From contig CAWAUM010000001.1 of assembly GCA_963785235.1 (NCBI GenBank), forward strand, positions 320,001 through 384,000: a DNA stretch of 64,000 nt. Reading direction: 5' to 3'. The position numbers and the translations under genes are program-made. Of the stretch, positions 21,017 through 32,803 are shown piece by piece. The notes beneath the pieces were generated by a model. That model did not search any database. It was not told the origin of the DNA and saw nothing but the letters and a program-made list of their open reading frames with translations. The stretch comes from an uncultured delta proteobacterium (lineage in GTDB: Bacteria; Desulfobacterota; Desulfomonilia; UBA1062). Numbering within the stretch: position 1 is the stretch's first letter; each line of letters starts with the position of its first letter.

Positions 21017-21400
21017 CTAATCTCCTCCTGCACTGATGTAGGTGTAGCATGCGTAGCTCATGACGCCGAACATGATGACCGACAGGCCGAGAAGCAGCCC
21101 TAAGGTATCCACGTGCAGCAATGCGATGAGCACATAGAGTACGGCCCCTGTAAGGGTAAGCCTGAGTATATAACGTTTTATCATGAAGGCCTTACCCTGA
21201 TTTGCAGTAAGGGTGACCGATGACTTGGCGTGCCTCCAGAGCAGATGATAATTTGCCAGGCAGACCCCTCCGCCCAGGAGAACACCCAGGGCAAATTTAG
21301 GGCCCAACAGAGGCAGGCTGACAATACAGAAGCCAGCCCAGAGGGCCAGCGATATGAATTCTATCCTTTTCTGTACGGGGTCCTTACTTGTGTTTTTCAC
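21017..21400 (-). CDS. atpI: ATP synthase protein I
   Basis: Four hydrophobic helices directly upstream of atpB. Confidence 0.85.
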   Translation of the reverse strand: MKNTSKDPVQKRIEFISLALWAGFCIVSLPLLGPKFALGVLLGGGVCLANYHLLWRHAKSSVTLTANQGKAFMIKRYILRLTLTGAVLYVLIALLHVDTLGLLLGLSVIMFGVMSYACYTYISAGGD

Positions 21401-21632
21401 CTGACTTATCCTCGCTGAAAAACCGCATGTAGGTCTTGTACATCATTCTGAACCCTGCCATGATGCCGCCAAAGAGAAAGACAAAGGTAAAGATGGGCTC
21501 TGTGCCGAATTTGCCATCAAGGTAGAAGCCCGCAATAAGGCCGATGATTATTGACAGGACCATGGCAAACCCCATGGTGCTCAGATCAGCCACTGTGAGG
21601 TACATCTTCCTCTTTTCCTTGTCTTCCGCCAT
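21384..21632 (-). CDS. atpZ: AtpZ/AtpI-family protein
   Basis: GFYLDGKFGTEP...GIMAGF motif. Confidence 0.85.
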   Translation of the reverse strand: MAEDKEKRKMYLTVADLSTMGFAMVLSIIIGLIAGFYLDGKFGTEPIFTFVFLFGGIMAGFRMMYKTYMRFFSEDKSGEKHK

Positions 21633-21846
21633 CGTGGAGGCCTACCCCTTGAAATAGTCTCAAATCATATTACTGAATCACGGTTCATAATGCAAGGAAG
21701 TTTTTGGCCGAGGTGTTCCATGTGTAAAATGGCTTCTGATAAAGGTTTTAACTCTCTTGATCAAACAACATTTTTTTCTTGCTCTGTGAAAACATTTCAG
21801 GTAAAGATAACGAGTTTGAGCACATGACTACACTACAGAGTGAACT

Positions 21847-22671
21847 ATGGACAGTACACAAAGTAACAAGGGTCAGATGCGAAAACTCACGGTTGTTTCG
21901 GTGTGTTTTTTAGCTTCATTAATAGGGGCAGCCTTAATACCGACCAGTATGGTCACTGACAGGAGTACACCTCCTGCCATGCCCATACCGAGTCCGGCCA
22001 TCGAATATCAATACACCGCGAGTTTGCAGGACCGGCTTGCACAGATCGATGACGTGCAGGAAAGGAAGCAGTCTCTCATCAGGATTCTGCTGCCGCTGGT
22101 GCTCCATGCAAATGAAAGAGTCCTGCAGCAACGGATGATTATCGAGCAATTACAACAAAGACTGCCGTATCTGACTCCCCTTGAAAAACAGACGCTTATT
22201 ACGTTTGCCCGGATGTACCTGGTGGAGGGAGTTACCAGCGAGGAGATGGTTGCAGAACTCCTCAAGAGGGTGAATGTGCTCCCCGTCTCCCTGATCCTTG
22301 CCCAGGCGGCCATAGAGTCCGGGTGGGGAACCTCCCGGTTCAGCCTCAAGGGGAACAATATTTTCGGGCTGAGAAATTCCTCCGGATATGGCATGGTGCC
22401 GAGGGAACGCCCGAGCGAGGAGGAATTCACTGTCTCGGTATTCCGTGACCTCCAGTCGTGTATCGATTACTATATGTGGAATATTAATACGAATCCGCAG
22501 TATGAGCAGCTCAGGTATACACGGTCCCTCTCCGAGGCACCGTACGATTCCTATGCCCTGGCGCAGGGTCTGCGCAATTATTCCGAGATGGGGATCGAGT
22601 ACGTGCGAAGGGTGGAACTGCTCATCGGTTACAACTCACTGAAGAATTATGACGATTACCGGCTCCAGTAG
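21847..22671 (+). CDS. Bax-family glucosaminidase (GH73-like) with N-terminal membrane anchor
   Basis: LAQAAIESGWGTSRF..GNNIFG, YSE.G.EY. Confidence 0.88.
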   Translation: MDSTQSNKGQMRKLTVVSVCFLASLIGAALIPTSMVTDRSTPPAMPIPSPAIEYQYTASLQDRLAQIDDVQERKQSLIRILLPLVLHANERVLQQRMIIEQLQQRLPYLTPLEKQTLITFARMYLVEGVTSEEMVAELLKRVNVLPVSLILAQAAIESGWGTSRFSLKGNNIFGLRNSSGYGMVPRERPSEEEFTVSVFRDLQSCIDYYMWNINTNPQYEQLRYTRSLSEAPYDSYALAQGLRNYSEMGIEYVRRVELLIGYNSLKNYDDYRLQ

Positions 22672-23794
22672 TCCTTTGCAGGTATTTACAAAGCCCGGTA
22701 AAAGAAGGCTCCCTTGCAAAGGCTTTTTTCGATATTTCCTGCCCATGGTCATGGCAGCGTTTCTCTCACTGATGCCGATTCTTTCAACACAGGCATCCGC
22801 ATACATATCCGTTCTCCTCTACCACCGGTTCGATGAGGACCGCTTTCCCACCACCACGACATCGAGTGCCCAATTCGAGCAGCACATGGCATATCTTAAG
22901 TCTAAAGGGTACACTGTGCTCTCTTTAGACCAGCTTGCCGAATGTGTGGAGGGCCTAAGGCCCGTGCCTGAGAAAGGGGTCGTCATTACCATCGATGACG
23001 GGTTCATTTCCGAGTATGAGAAGGCTGTCCCGGTCCTGCGGAAATACAACTATCCATTCAGTATCTTTGTCTTCACCAATGCCATTGGCAAAAAGAACTA
23101 TCTGAGTTGGGAACAGCTGAAGCAGATGGAATCCTTAGGGGGTGAGGCGGGGTGCCATACGCAAACCCACCCGAGATTGATAAACCTTTCCGGAAGGCTT
23201 GTGGAGCAGGAGATCATGGGTTCCAAGGCGACCATGGAAAAGAACCTGGGGCGTAAGGTCAAGTATTTTGCCTATCCCTATGGACTTTACGATAATACGG
23301 TCAGGGCTGTTGCCAAGCGCGCTGGATTCCGGCTCATGTTCTCATCCGACCCGGGCAGCGTGGGGGCAGGAACAGAGTTTGACCGCATACCCCGCCAGGC
23401 CGTTGTGGGTGCTGAGATGAGCCTTAATGACTTTGCAAATAAGCTCATGAATCCACCTTTACAGATAACCGGCCGTATCCCCGGCAGCGGGACCCTGCCG
23501 TCCACTACCATACCTTTTGTGTCGGTTACCCTGAAGGATCCGGCTCTCTATGATCCGAATCAGATCAATGTGTTCCTCTCTGAGAAGAAAAGGCTCTACG
23601 CACATTTCAACCCCAAGACAGGGATTCTTGGCTGCAACGGTCCCTTCCACCTAACCAGGAAGACGAACCGTATCATCGTTTCTGCCAGGAGAAAGAGCGA
23701 CGGACTCTTTGCCATGGATTCCTGGCTGATCGTGCTCCCGGGTTCGTGGGACAAGATGAAGTATACCAAATTAGAAGATGGATTTGCCCCATGA
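22649..23794 (+). CDS. Polysaccharide deacetylase (CE4), probably exported; true start may be 22745
   Basis: LLYHRF, ITIDDG, HTQTH, FAYPYG. Confidence 0.88.
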   Translation: MTITGSSSPLQVFTKPGKRRLPCKGFFRYFLPMVMAAFLSLMPILSTQASAYISVLLYHRFDEDRFPTTTTSSAQFEQHMAYLKSKGYTVLSLDQLAECVEGLRPVPEKGVVITIDDGFISEYEKAVPVLRKYNYPFSIFVFTNAIGKKNYLSWEQLKQMESLGGEAGCHTQTHPRLINLSGRLVEQEIMGSKATMEKNLGRKVKYFAYPYGLYDNTVRAVAKRAGFRLMFSSDPGSVGAGTEFDRIPRQAVVGAEMSLNDFANKLMNPPLQITGRIPGSGTLPSTTIPFVSVTLKDPALYDPNQINVFLSEKKRLYAHFNPKTGILGCNGPFHLTRKTNRIIVSARRKSDGLFAMDSWLIVLPGSWDKMKYTKLEDGFAP

Positions 23795-25369
23795 AATCAA
23801 CACCACCTTCCACTGCGAATCAGAAGGGCAAGATAAAAAAAACCGTCTTGATCCCCTCCGTTGAAAAGCCCCGCAGGGAAGTAATTGTAGAGCTCACAAA
23901 GGCGGAAAAGGCCATTGAGAGATTACAAAGGGCCGAGTCCAAGAGGAAGAAGGAATGGGAAACCTATCAGGAGACCACCCATGCCCTCAAGGAACGGGTT
24001 AAAGAACTAAACTGCCTCTACAGCATATCGAACATCGTAGTAAAGTATGGTCTCAATATGGATGAGATTCTCAAGCGTACCATAGAGATCATCCCGGATG
24101 CCTGGCAATATCCGGAAATAACCAGCTGCCGGCTTCGACTTGGAGAGAAAACCGTCCAGAGCCGGGATTTCCAGGAGACCGCATGGAGGCAGTCTCAGGA
24201 TATCATTGTCAATGCCGTGAAATGTGGAACACTGGAGGTGTTTTACCGGGAACACAGGCCCGATATGGACGAGGGCCCGTTCCTGAGGGAGGAGAGGAGC
24301 CTCATCAAGGCGATAGCCGAGAGTATCGGCAAGATTGCGGAGCGGCACAATACAGAAGAGGCGCTCAAGCAGAGCGAACTGAAAACGACGGCGCTGCTGA
24401 CTGCCATACCTGACCTCATGTTCCAGATCGACAAAGACGGTACCCTTGTGGGTTTCCATGAGGGGACCTTTGTCATGCTGCGCGATCTGGGAAAGAGGAT
24501 GATCGGAAAGAACATCTATGCCCTTGCCGATCCCGATCAGCTCATTGGCCGCCGGTTGCTCGACCATGGGATGCTCTATGTGAGGCAGGCCATAGAAACG
24601 GGCAATCCGCAGATGTATGAACAGCATACCTCCATCAACGGCCATGGAATGGACTACGAGGTCCGCATGGTGTTGTGCAAGAAGGACGAGGTGCTGGGGA
24701 TCGTGCGTGATATCACCAAGAAAAAGCAGCTCGAGCGGGAGATCCTCGAGATAAGCAACCGGGAGCAGAGGAGGATCGGGCAGGATCTCCATGACAGCCT
24801 CTGCCAGCACCTGACCGGGATCGGATTCATGGGCAAGGTGCTGGAAAAGAAGGCGGCCTCGCAGGTTCCCCTGGAGACCTGCTGATATCAAGGAGATCGT
24901 CGATCTCATAGACCAGGCAATAACGCTGACCAGGGGATTCGCAAGCGGTCTGAATCCGGTGGAACTGCAGGCCGAAGGCCTCATGCATGCCCTGAACAAG
25001 CTTGCCTGGAATGTGAAGAAACTCTTCGGGGTCTCATGCACCTTTACGTGTTCCGACCCCATATATATCTTCGATAATGAGATGGCCACACACCTCTACC
25101 GCATTGTTCAGGAGGCTTTGAACAATGCCATCAAACACGGCAAGGCCAAGGATATCGTCATATCTCTGGAGAAGAAAGGGGCTGCATGCACCCTGAGGGT
25201 GAGCGACAATGGCGTCGGATTCGGCAAGATCTCAAGCCATGGAAGGGGTATGGGGCTGAGCATCATGCAGTACCGGGCATCCATGATTGAGGCATCTCTT
25301 GATTTCAAGGTCCACCCGCAGGGTGGTACGGATGTTGTGTGTTGCTTCCAGATCAGGGATGGGTTTTAA
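23791..25369 (+). CDS. Cytoplasmic PAS sensor kinase, HisKA_3 type, frameshifted near 24880
   Basis: EQRRIGQDLHDSLCQ H-box; QEALNNAIKHG, DNGVG and GMGL in the second frame. Confidence 0.88.
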
Positions 25370-25396
25370 TAGACGCCTTGCTGACGGAGGAACTTA

Positions 25397-26047
25397 ATGG
25401 AACGCTTTAAAATTCTGATTGTTGATGACCACCCGATCCTGCGCAAAGGCCTCGGTATGGTCATCGACCAGGAGCAGGATCTCGTTGTCATCGGCGAGGC
25501 TGAAGATGTCCAGGGCGCCCTGGAAATGATCGATACCCTGAGTCCGGATCTGGTCATTGTGGACCTGGCGTTACCCGGGGTGGACGGCATTGAGCTGATC
25601 AAGACCATGAAGCTGAAATATCGTGACCTGCCTGCTCTGGTAGTATCCATGCATGACGAATCCCTGTTTGCCGAGAGGGCTCTGAGGGCGGGCGCAAGGG
25701 GATACATCATGAAACAGGAGGCGGTGGAAAAGGTGCTCGTGGCCATCAGAAAGGTTCTCAAGGGCGAGATCTTCGTGAGCGACAAGACCACCACCAAGAT
25801 GATCGAGACACTCATCTCGGGTGATGCAAAAGGCCTGAGCACCCCCCTTGACCTCCTCAGCAACAGGGAGATGACCGTGTTCCGAATGATCGGCCAGGGA
25901 TTCAAGACAAGCCAGATTGCTGACAATCTTCATCTGAGCGTGAAGACCATCGAGTCTTACCGTTCTCATATCAAGGAAAAGCTCAAGCTTCCAACCGGGA
26001 CCGACCTCATGAAATGCGCCATACAATGGGTGCAGAACACCACCTAG
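25397..26047 (+). CDS. NarL/FixJ-family response regulator
   Basis: VDDHP receiver domain; LSNRE..IA..LHLSVKTIESYR LuxR-type HTH. Confidence 0.95.
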   Translation: MERFKILIVDDHPILRKGLGMVIDQEQDLVVIGEAEDVQGALEMIDTLSPDLVIVDLALPGVDGIELIKTMKLKYRDLPALVVSMHDESLFAERALRAGARGYIMKQEAVEKVLVAIRKVLKGEIFVSDKTTTKMIETLISGDAKGLSTPLDLLSNREMTVFRMIGQGFKTSQIADNLHLSVKTIESYRSHIKEKLKLPTGTDLMKCAIQWVQNTT

Positions 26048-26143
26048 GGGATTTTTTCCATAATACTATCCCTTGCCGGCCATTACAGATAAGATCATAA
26101 TGCCTTTACCGGTCTATCCATCCACATGCTGCACATCAGGACT

Positions 26144-26207
26144 ATAAGGATAACCCCCTTAGTCAGTATAAGGGAAACCCCTATAGCAAAATCAGCTGAA
26201 CCCTGAT
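26144..26207. promoter_or_regulatory. Three phased imperfect 17-bp palindromes upstream of gdhA (putative regulator sites)
   Basis: TAAGGATAACCCCCTTA / ATAAGGGAAACCCCTAT / ATCAGCTGAACCCTGAT, centres 23 bp apart. Confidence 0.55.
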
Positions 26208-26306
26208 TGTGGAATCTGCCTTTTTCGGGTTTGATAACATGATACTTTCAGGAGAAACATGCGTTGCATGAGAATTGACAGAAAATAAAAAAATGAACCA
26301 GACTAA

Positions 26307-27683
<1,377 letters not shown>

Positions 27684-27713
27684 CAGCGATACGCCTTTGA
27701 TTGAGAAAATCAG

Positions 27714-28772
27714 ATGACTCACAGGAGAACATATGTTGATAAGGGAGAGGATGTGAACAAAATCATGTTCACCATCCTCTCCATCCTCCATAAGCACCAG
27801 GGCCCTTTTCGTTCAGCGCAAATCGTATCTCACCTTGTCTCGCAGGGCATGAATATCTCCGATAGCACAGCCCGGTATTATCTGCAGAAACTAGATGAGA
27901 AGGGTTTCACCACCAATAGCAGCAAACTAGGCAGGATGATCACCGAGAAGGGGCAGGACGAGATACGTGCGCAATTTGTTTATAACCCTACAGAATCAAT
28001 TATAGAAAGGATCAACAGGCTCTCTCTCTTGACGGATTTCGATCCGGACACGGGAACAGGCAAGGTAATCCTCAATGTCAGCCATGTGCGGAAAGATGAT
28101 GTGGAGAAGGCACTCCATGTTCTGAATGCGGTATTCTCATCCCCCTATGCCTTATGCGATAAGGTGGTGCTGGCGGAAAATGGAAGGCATTTCCAAGACA
28201 TCGAGGTGTCTGACGGGTTTGTGGGGATAGGGACCGTATGCAGCATCACGGTGAACGGGATTTTTCTGCGTAGCGGCATACCCGTCCGCCCGAGGATGGG
28301 TGGGATTATCGAGATTACCGGGAGAAAACCGGTGGGCTTCCAGTCGTTCATCAGTTATGAAGATTCCACTGTTGCACCGCTCGAGGTTTTCATCACCAAC
28401 CAGAAGACAAGTGTTCTCCATACCCTGGCTTCCGGAGAAGGGAGCATACTGGGCAGCTTGAGGGAAATCCCTCAGGAACACCTGTTTGTGTCCAGAGCCC
28501 TGATGCAGAAACTCATTAAGTGCGGTTTCAGAAATACCACTCTGTACGGGTTCGCCTTTAGCCCGCTTCTCGGCATACCTATTACGGAAGGCATGGTAGG
28601 TCTTGTAGAGATCGGTGGGATCAACCCATGTGCAGCACTCAATGAGGCCGGGTTGAGCGTTCATACAAAGGCCATGGCAACCATGTATGAGTACTCGGAT
28701 ATGTTGCCCATACACAACTACCTCCATCATACCACCACAAACAAGGCTATCGAGGCAGGTTTTCAGGCATAA
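27714..28772 (+). CDS. nrpR: NrpR-family (DUF128) nitrogen regulator: wHTH plus one NrpR regulatory domain
   Basis: wHTH TARYYL..LDEKGFT..GRMITEKG; FDPDTGTGKVILN, GTVCSITVNG and GGINP motifs. Confidence 0.82.
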   Translation: MTHRRTYVDKGEDVNKIMFTILSILHKHQGPFRSAQIVSHLVSQGMNISDSTARYYLQKLDEKGFTTNSSKLGRMITEKGQDEIRAQFVYNPTESIIERINRLSLLTDFDPDTGTGKVILNVSHVRKDDVEKALHVLNAVFSSPYALCDKVVLAENGRHFQDIEVSDGFVGIGTVCSITVNGIFLRSGIPVRPRMGGIIEITGRKPVGFQSFISYEDSTVAPLEVFITNQKTSVLHTLASGEGSILGSLREIPQEHLFVSRALMQKLIKCGFRNTTLYGFAFSPLLGIPITEGMVGLVEIGGINPCAALNEAGLSVHTKAMATMYEYSDMLPIHNYLHHTTTNKAIEAGFQA

Positions 28773-29048
28773 AGATCCGGATAAGGGCCATCGTAGTGTT
28801 CAGGCTTTTTCCCTGCAGGCGAAATTATACCAGTTTTGTGATATGACATCAGCAAAGAGATAGTAACAACTGCATTTCATATCTCTGATAGATACTCAAA
28901 AAGATGATATCCATGCTCGACAAGTGATAAGGAATCAGAGATACGATATTGTTATCTAAGCACATTTTCTTTAGATTATCTGATGGGATACGTTAAGTGA
29001 AAGAAGAAGGTATGTTGTGAGATTCATTCGTTGGTAAAGGAGTTTTTT

Positions 29049-30225
29049 ATGAAAACATTCATGCGACCAAACCTGGTCGATTCTGACATGTCTTCTTTTT
29101 GTGATCTTTCTCCTATCCGGGTGCAATACCGGCAGCACGGATAAGGCATCTGAAACAGGAGAAACAGTAACACTTGATTCCCTAAGCGTAACGCCAGAAG
29201 ACCAGGATATTGCTCCAGGTGAAACCCTTCAGTTCAGCGCAGAAGGCTCCTATTCGGACGACACGACAAAGGATTTGACCTCATCAGTTGTATGGGAGTC
29301 AACAGATACGGATGTTGTAACAATAAACAATAAAGGGCTTGCAACAGCAGTCGCCCAAGGCACGGCAACAGTCACTGCAACATCAGATGATATTTCGGGG
29401 TCTGTAGAAATGACTGTCACAGCAACAGCAACACCCCCTACAAACACAGCTATCATCATTGACCATACCAGCACAAAGCTCGCCGACATCCCTGCAGAGT
29501 CCATCAATCAGGCAAAGACGAGCCTGCACATAGCCTATGGCCATACCTCCCACGGCAGCCAGCTTGTTGATGGTATGACCGGTCTGTATAACTGGAAAGG
29601 CAGTCTCTATGCATTCAACAATGGGGGCACAGGTGATGCGCTGGACCTGAGGGATACCCCTTTCTCCGGGGCATATGACCTGGGCAATCCGGATCGTACC
29701 TCATGGGCAAGTGCAACGCGTACATACCTCAATGCCAACCCGGACATCAATGTCGTTATCTGGTCGTGGTGCGGGCAGGTTTCTTCGTCTACCGTGGCTG
29801 ATATCAATACCTACCTGAGTCTCATGACAGATTTGGAAGCTGACTATCCGGGTGTGAAATTCGTATACATGACAGGCCACCTCGACGGCAGCGGGCTTAA
29901 CGAAAATCTGCACTTCAGGAATGAACAGATACGAAACTATTGCAGGGACAACAACAAGATACTCTATGACTTCGAAGACATCGAATCCTACAATCCTGAT
30001 GGTACCTATTTCGGGGACAAGATCCCGAACGATGCCTGCGATTATGACAGCAACGGTGACGGTGTTCAGGATGCAAACTGGGCTGACCAGTGGCAGAATG
30101 CGCATACCTTGGGTGTAGACTGGTTTGATTGTTCGGCCGCCCACTCGCAGCCGTTAAACGGCAATCTCAAGGCATATGCCGCCTGGTGGCTATGGGCGCG
30201 CCTTGCCGGATGGAGCGGCAATTAG
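29049..30225 (+). CDS. Lipoprotein with Big_2 Ig-like domain and uncharacterised C-terminal domain; frameshift in the signal peptide
   Basis: RBS plus ATG at 29049 is out of frame with the LSGC lipobox; Big_2 pattern (GETLQFSAEGSYSD..W.S); GHTSHG, WSWCG and MTGH motifs. Confidence 0.75.
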
Positions 30226-30325
30226 AGATTTTGTTTTGGGAAGTTATAATGATCACCCCCAAAAAAGCTTTTTGTTGAAATCATTTATAACCGATACAAT
30301 TCAACAAGAGGGATTGGGCATCACG

Positions 30326-31153
30326 ATGATACGGTTTAGCTACTTGTTTATGATATTTTGTTTTGGCATCTGTCCTGTGGTCCATGCGGGTAATGATGCT
30401 TCTCACAAAGCCCTTTGTTACATCAGGGCGTATCCCGATTTTTTTCTCGGATATAAAGACGGATTCCTCATGGCGAAAGACGGCCGCAAGATCCCTTTCG
30501 ATGACGGGATAGGCTCAAAAGACTACGACCAGATGATTGTAGATCGTCGTATAGGTGATAAAGCCTTTGACCCGGAAGACGCGTTTTACTGGGAATATCA
30601 TGCGGGGAGTGAGATCCCGACCGTTGATAGACCGCCGGTGGGTGATCCTGGCCGTATCCGGCCTGCTGAGATATTCAGCTACATGTACGGACCAACAAAA
30701 TCACTGCGCATGAAAAAAATGCGTCGAGTTCAGTGGATAGGCTCATCTGTCGGCAAGGACAATACCATCCTCGTCACCACGGTGAATGGGGTCGACAAGG
30801 CCCTTGAGAAGGTGGCTTGTGAACTCAGAGATCTCCCGGAAGAGAAGAAGCAGGAAGTGGAAGGGATAGTATTCGATGTAGATGCATACTCAGGATATTG
30901 CGACAGAACGGTTCGTGACTATCCGTATAGAACTTCAGGACATGCCTACGGCATTGCAGTGGATGTAAACTGGGATGACTCATACTTTATTGGCCGCCAC
31001 CAAGGTGAGCCATATCACTACAGGAACAACATGCCGCAATTCCTGGTAGAAATCTTTGAGAGGCATGGGTTCATCTGGGGCGGCCGTTGGCATAATTATG
31101 ATACCATGCACTTCGAGTATCGCCCTGAACTCTTGTTGAATGATCCCACATAA
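30326..31153 (+). CDS. M15 family zinc peptidase (peptidoglycan peptidase)
   Basis: Signal peptide, DPGRIR, SGHAYGIAVD, WGGRWHNYDTMHFEYRPE. Confidence 0.88.
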   Translation: MIRFSYLFMIFCFGICPVVHAGNDASHKALCYIRAYPDFFLGYKDGFLMAKDGRKIPFDDGIGSKDYDQMIVDRRIGDKAFDPEDAFYWEYHAGSEIPTVDRPPVGDPGRIRPAEIFSYMYGPTKSLRMKKMRRVQWIGSSVGKDNTILVTTVNGVDKALEKVACELRDLPEEKKQEVEGIVFDVDAYSGYCDRTVRDYPYRTSGHAYGIAVDVNWDDSYFIGRHQGEPYHYRNNMPQFLVEIFERHGFIWGGRWHNYDTMHFEYRPELLLNDPT

Positions 31154-31288
31154 ACCCGACAATGCGCCTTGAGGTAATGGAAATGTAAAGTTCTAATACT
31201 ATTGTTATTCCTATATCAATGAATCCAGGTCTTCAAACTTTGTTATCATGCATCTTAGAGAATACATTAAATCTATGAGGGGGTTCGT

Positions 31289-32227
31289 ATGGAGTTAAGC
31301 AAAAGGTGGTGTGTTGTTGTGCTTATGGCACTTTTGACCCTGTGTTTTTCATCAAACCTCTTTGCCGTTGATATCGGTGTGGCCTGGGAGGGAAAGTCCG
31401 GGATGGCAAACAATGTCATAAAGGGCTTTGCCGAAGGGATCAAGGGATCAGGCATCAATGTCGAGTACCAGAAAGACCTTGCTTCCGTGGATGAACTGGT
31501 AAAGGTCATGAGCCGCTTCCAGAAGGAAAAGGCAGGCATGGTGATCCTCAGGTCCACCGGGGCTGAATCGCTCATCAAGAATCAGCCCACTATCCCCACA
31601 TTCATCGGGGCCTGCAATAATCCTGCAAAGGTCGGGGTAGTGAAAAATATGAAGGCACCCGAAGGTAAGATCACTGGGGTCAGCTACTATATCCCGGGAC
31701 TCATCCATGTTAAGTTAATTAAAACCATTCTGCCGGAGGTGAAGTCCGTAATGCTCCTCTTGGATAAAGAACACCCTTCTGCCCCCATAGAAAATGAGGA
31801 AACAAAAGAAGGATGTGCTGCACTCAAAATAACCTACCATGGCAAGATGTGTTCATCTGTGGATGAAATCCTGACTGCAGTGAGGGACAATAAAGACAAG
31901 GTATCGGCCTTTATCATCGGTACGCAGGCACTTGTCTTTGATAATACGCCGAAGATAATAGAGGCGGCAGGGAAGACACCTGTCTTTGCCTATTCAGAAA
32001 AACCCATCAAGCAAGGGGCCCTGGGCGGATATGTTGCGGATGACGAGACCCTGGGCAAAATGCTCGCACAGTCCGTCATGGATGTTCTGTTAAAAGGCAA
32101 GGCCATAAAAGATGTCCCCATTAAATTTGATCCCCAGCCCATATTTTATCTGAACGGGAACACATACAAGAAGCTCGGCCTTCAGATACCGCCCAATGTC
32201 CTGGCTGCAGCAAAGATCATGCAGTAA
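31289..32227 (+). CDS. ABC-transporter substrate-binding protein (orphan)
   Basis: Signal peptide, NP..G.V....P..ITGV, C-terminal LN...KKLGLQIP. Confidence 0.8.
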   Translation: MELSKRWCVVVLMALLTLCFSSNLFAVDIGVAWEGKSGMANNVIKGFAEGIKGSGINVEYQKDLASVDELVKVMSRFQKEKAGMVILRSTGAESLIKNQPTIPTFIGACNNPAKVGVVKNMKAPEGKITGVSYYIPGLIHVKLIKTILPEVKSVMLLLDKEHPSAPIENEETKEGCAALKITYHGKMCSSVDEILTAVRDNKDKVSAFIIGTQALVFDNTPKIIEAAGKTPVFAYSEKPIKQGALGGYVADDETLGKMLAQSVMDVLLKGKAIKDVPIKFDPQPIFYLNGNTYKKLGLQIPPNVLAAAKIMQ

Positions 32228-32235
32228 AAAACATT

Positions 32236-32270
32236 ACCCTCTCTCCTCTTTCCCGGGAGAGAGGGTCTTT
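32236..32270 (+). terminator. Intrinsic terminator
   Basis: 11-bp stem ACCCTCTCTCC/GGAGAGAGGGT followed by CTTT, just after the stop codon. Confidence 0.65.
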
Positions 32271-32317
32271 CATATTCCCCATTGATTCATCCATAAAGCT
32301 GTGGTGAGATCACCCGT

Positions 32318-32803
32318 ATGAATCTAGACGATATCGACAAGGCCCTCCTTGCCCTGGCCGAGGGGGATCTGGATGTGTGCGAGAGGCCCTTTGATGCTTG
32401 GGCCGTCAAGATCGGCATCCCTGTGGAGGAGGTCGTCTTCAGGCTCCAGGCGCTCAAGGAAAGAGGCGTGATCAGGGAGATCAAGGCAGTCCTCAGGCAT
32501 ACACAGGCAGGCTTTACTGCCAATGCCATGGTGGCGTGGTCTGTACCGGATGCCCTGGTTGACGAGGTCGGAGAGAGAATCGCATCTTATCCTGCGGTGA
32601 GTCATTGCTATGAGCGGGGCGGCTTCGGCCGCTTCAATCTTTTCTCCATGATCCATGCGCGAACGGAAGGTGAGGTCATGGATAGGGTTAATGACATATC
32701 TCAAGCAACCGGCATCAGTGATTATCAGATATTCAGGAGCATCAAAGAGCTGAAAAAGACTTCCATGAGGTATTTCAGCCAGGAGGGTTCTTGTGACGAA
32801 TGA
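32318..32803 (+). CDS. ahbB: Siroheme decarboxylase subunit beta (AhbB/NirH, AsnC-like)
   Basis: GDL...RPF, GFTANAMVAW, VSHCYER, NLFSMIHA, ELKKTSMRYF; coupled to hemL. Confidence 0.88.
   Translation: MNLDDIDKALLALAEGDLDVCERPFDAWAVKIGIPVEEVVFRLQALKERGVIREIKAVLRHTQAGFTANAMVAWSVPDALVDEVGERIASYPAVSHCYERGGFGRFNLFSMIHARTEGEVMDRVNDISQATGISDYQIFRSIKELKKTSMRYFSQEGSCDE

Noticed and set aside
24870-24900. TGA after a Cys codon in the kinase (and TGA near 58179 in the radical SAM gene) as selenocysteine or readthrough
   Set aside because: Homology continues in a different frame rather than in-frame past the TGA, so these are indels.
26211-26226. GGAATCTGCCTTTT as an NrpR operator
   Set aside because: Only the GGAA half matches GGAA-N6-TTCC.
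28855-28960. Imperfect inverted repeat (TATCTCTGAT/ATCAGAGATA) after nrpR
   Set aside because: A 10-bp match in AT-rich DNA could arise by chance, and there is no second copy.
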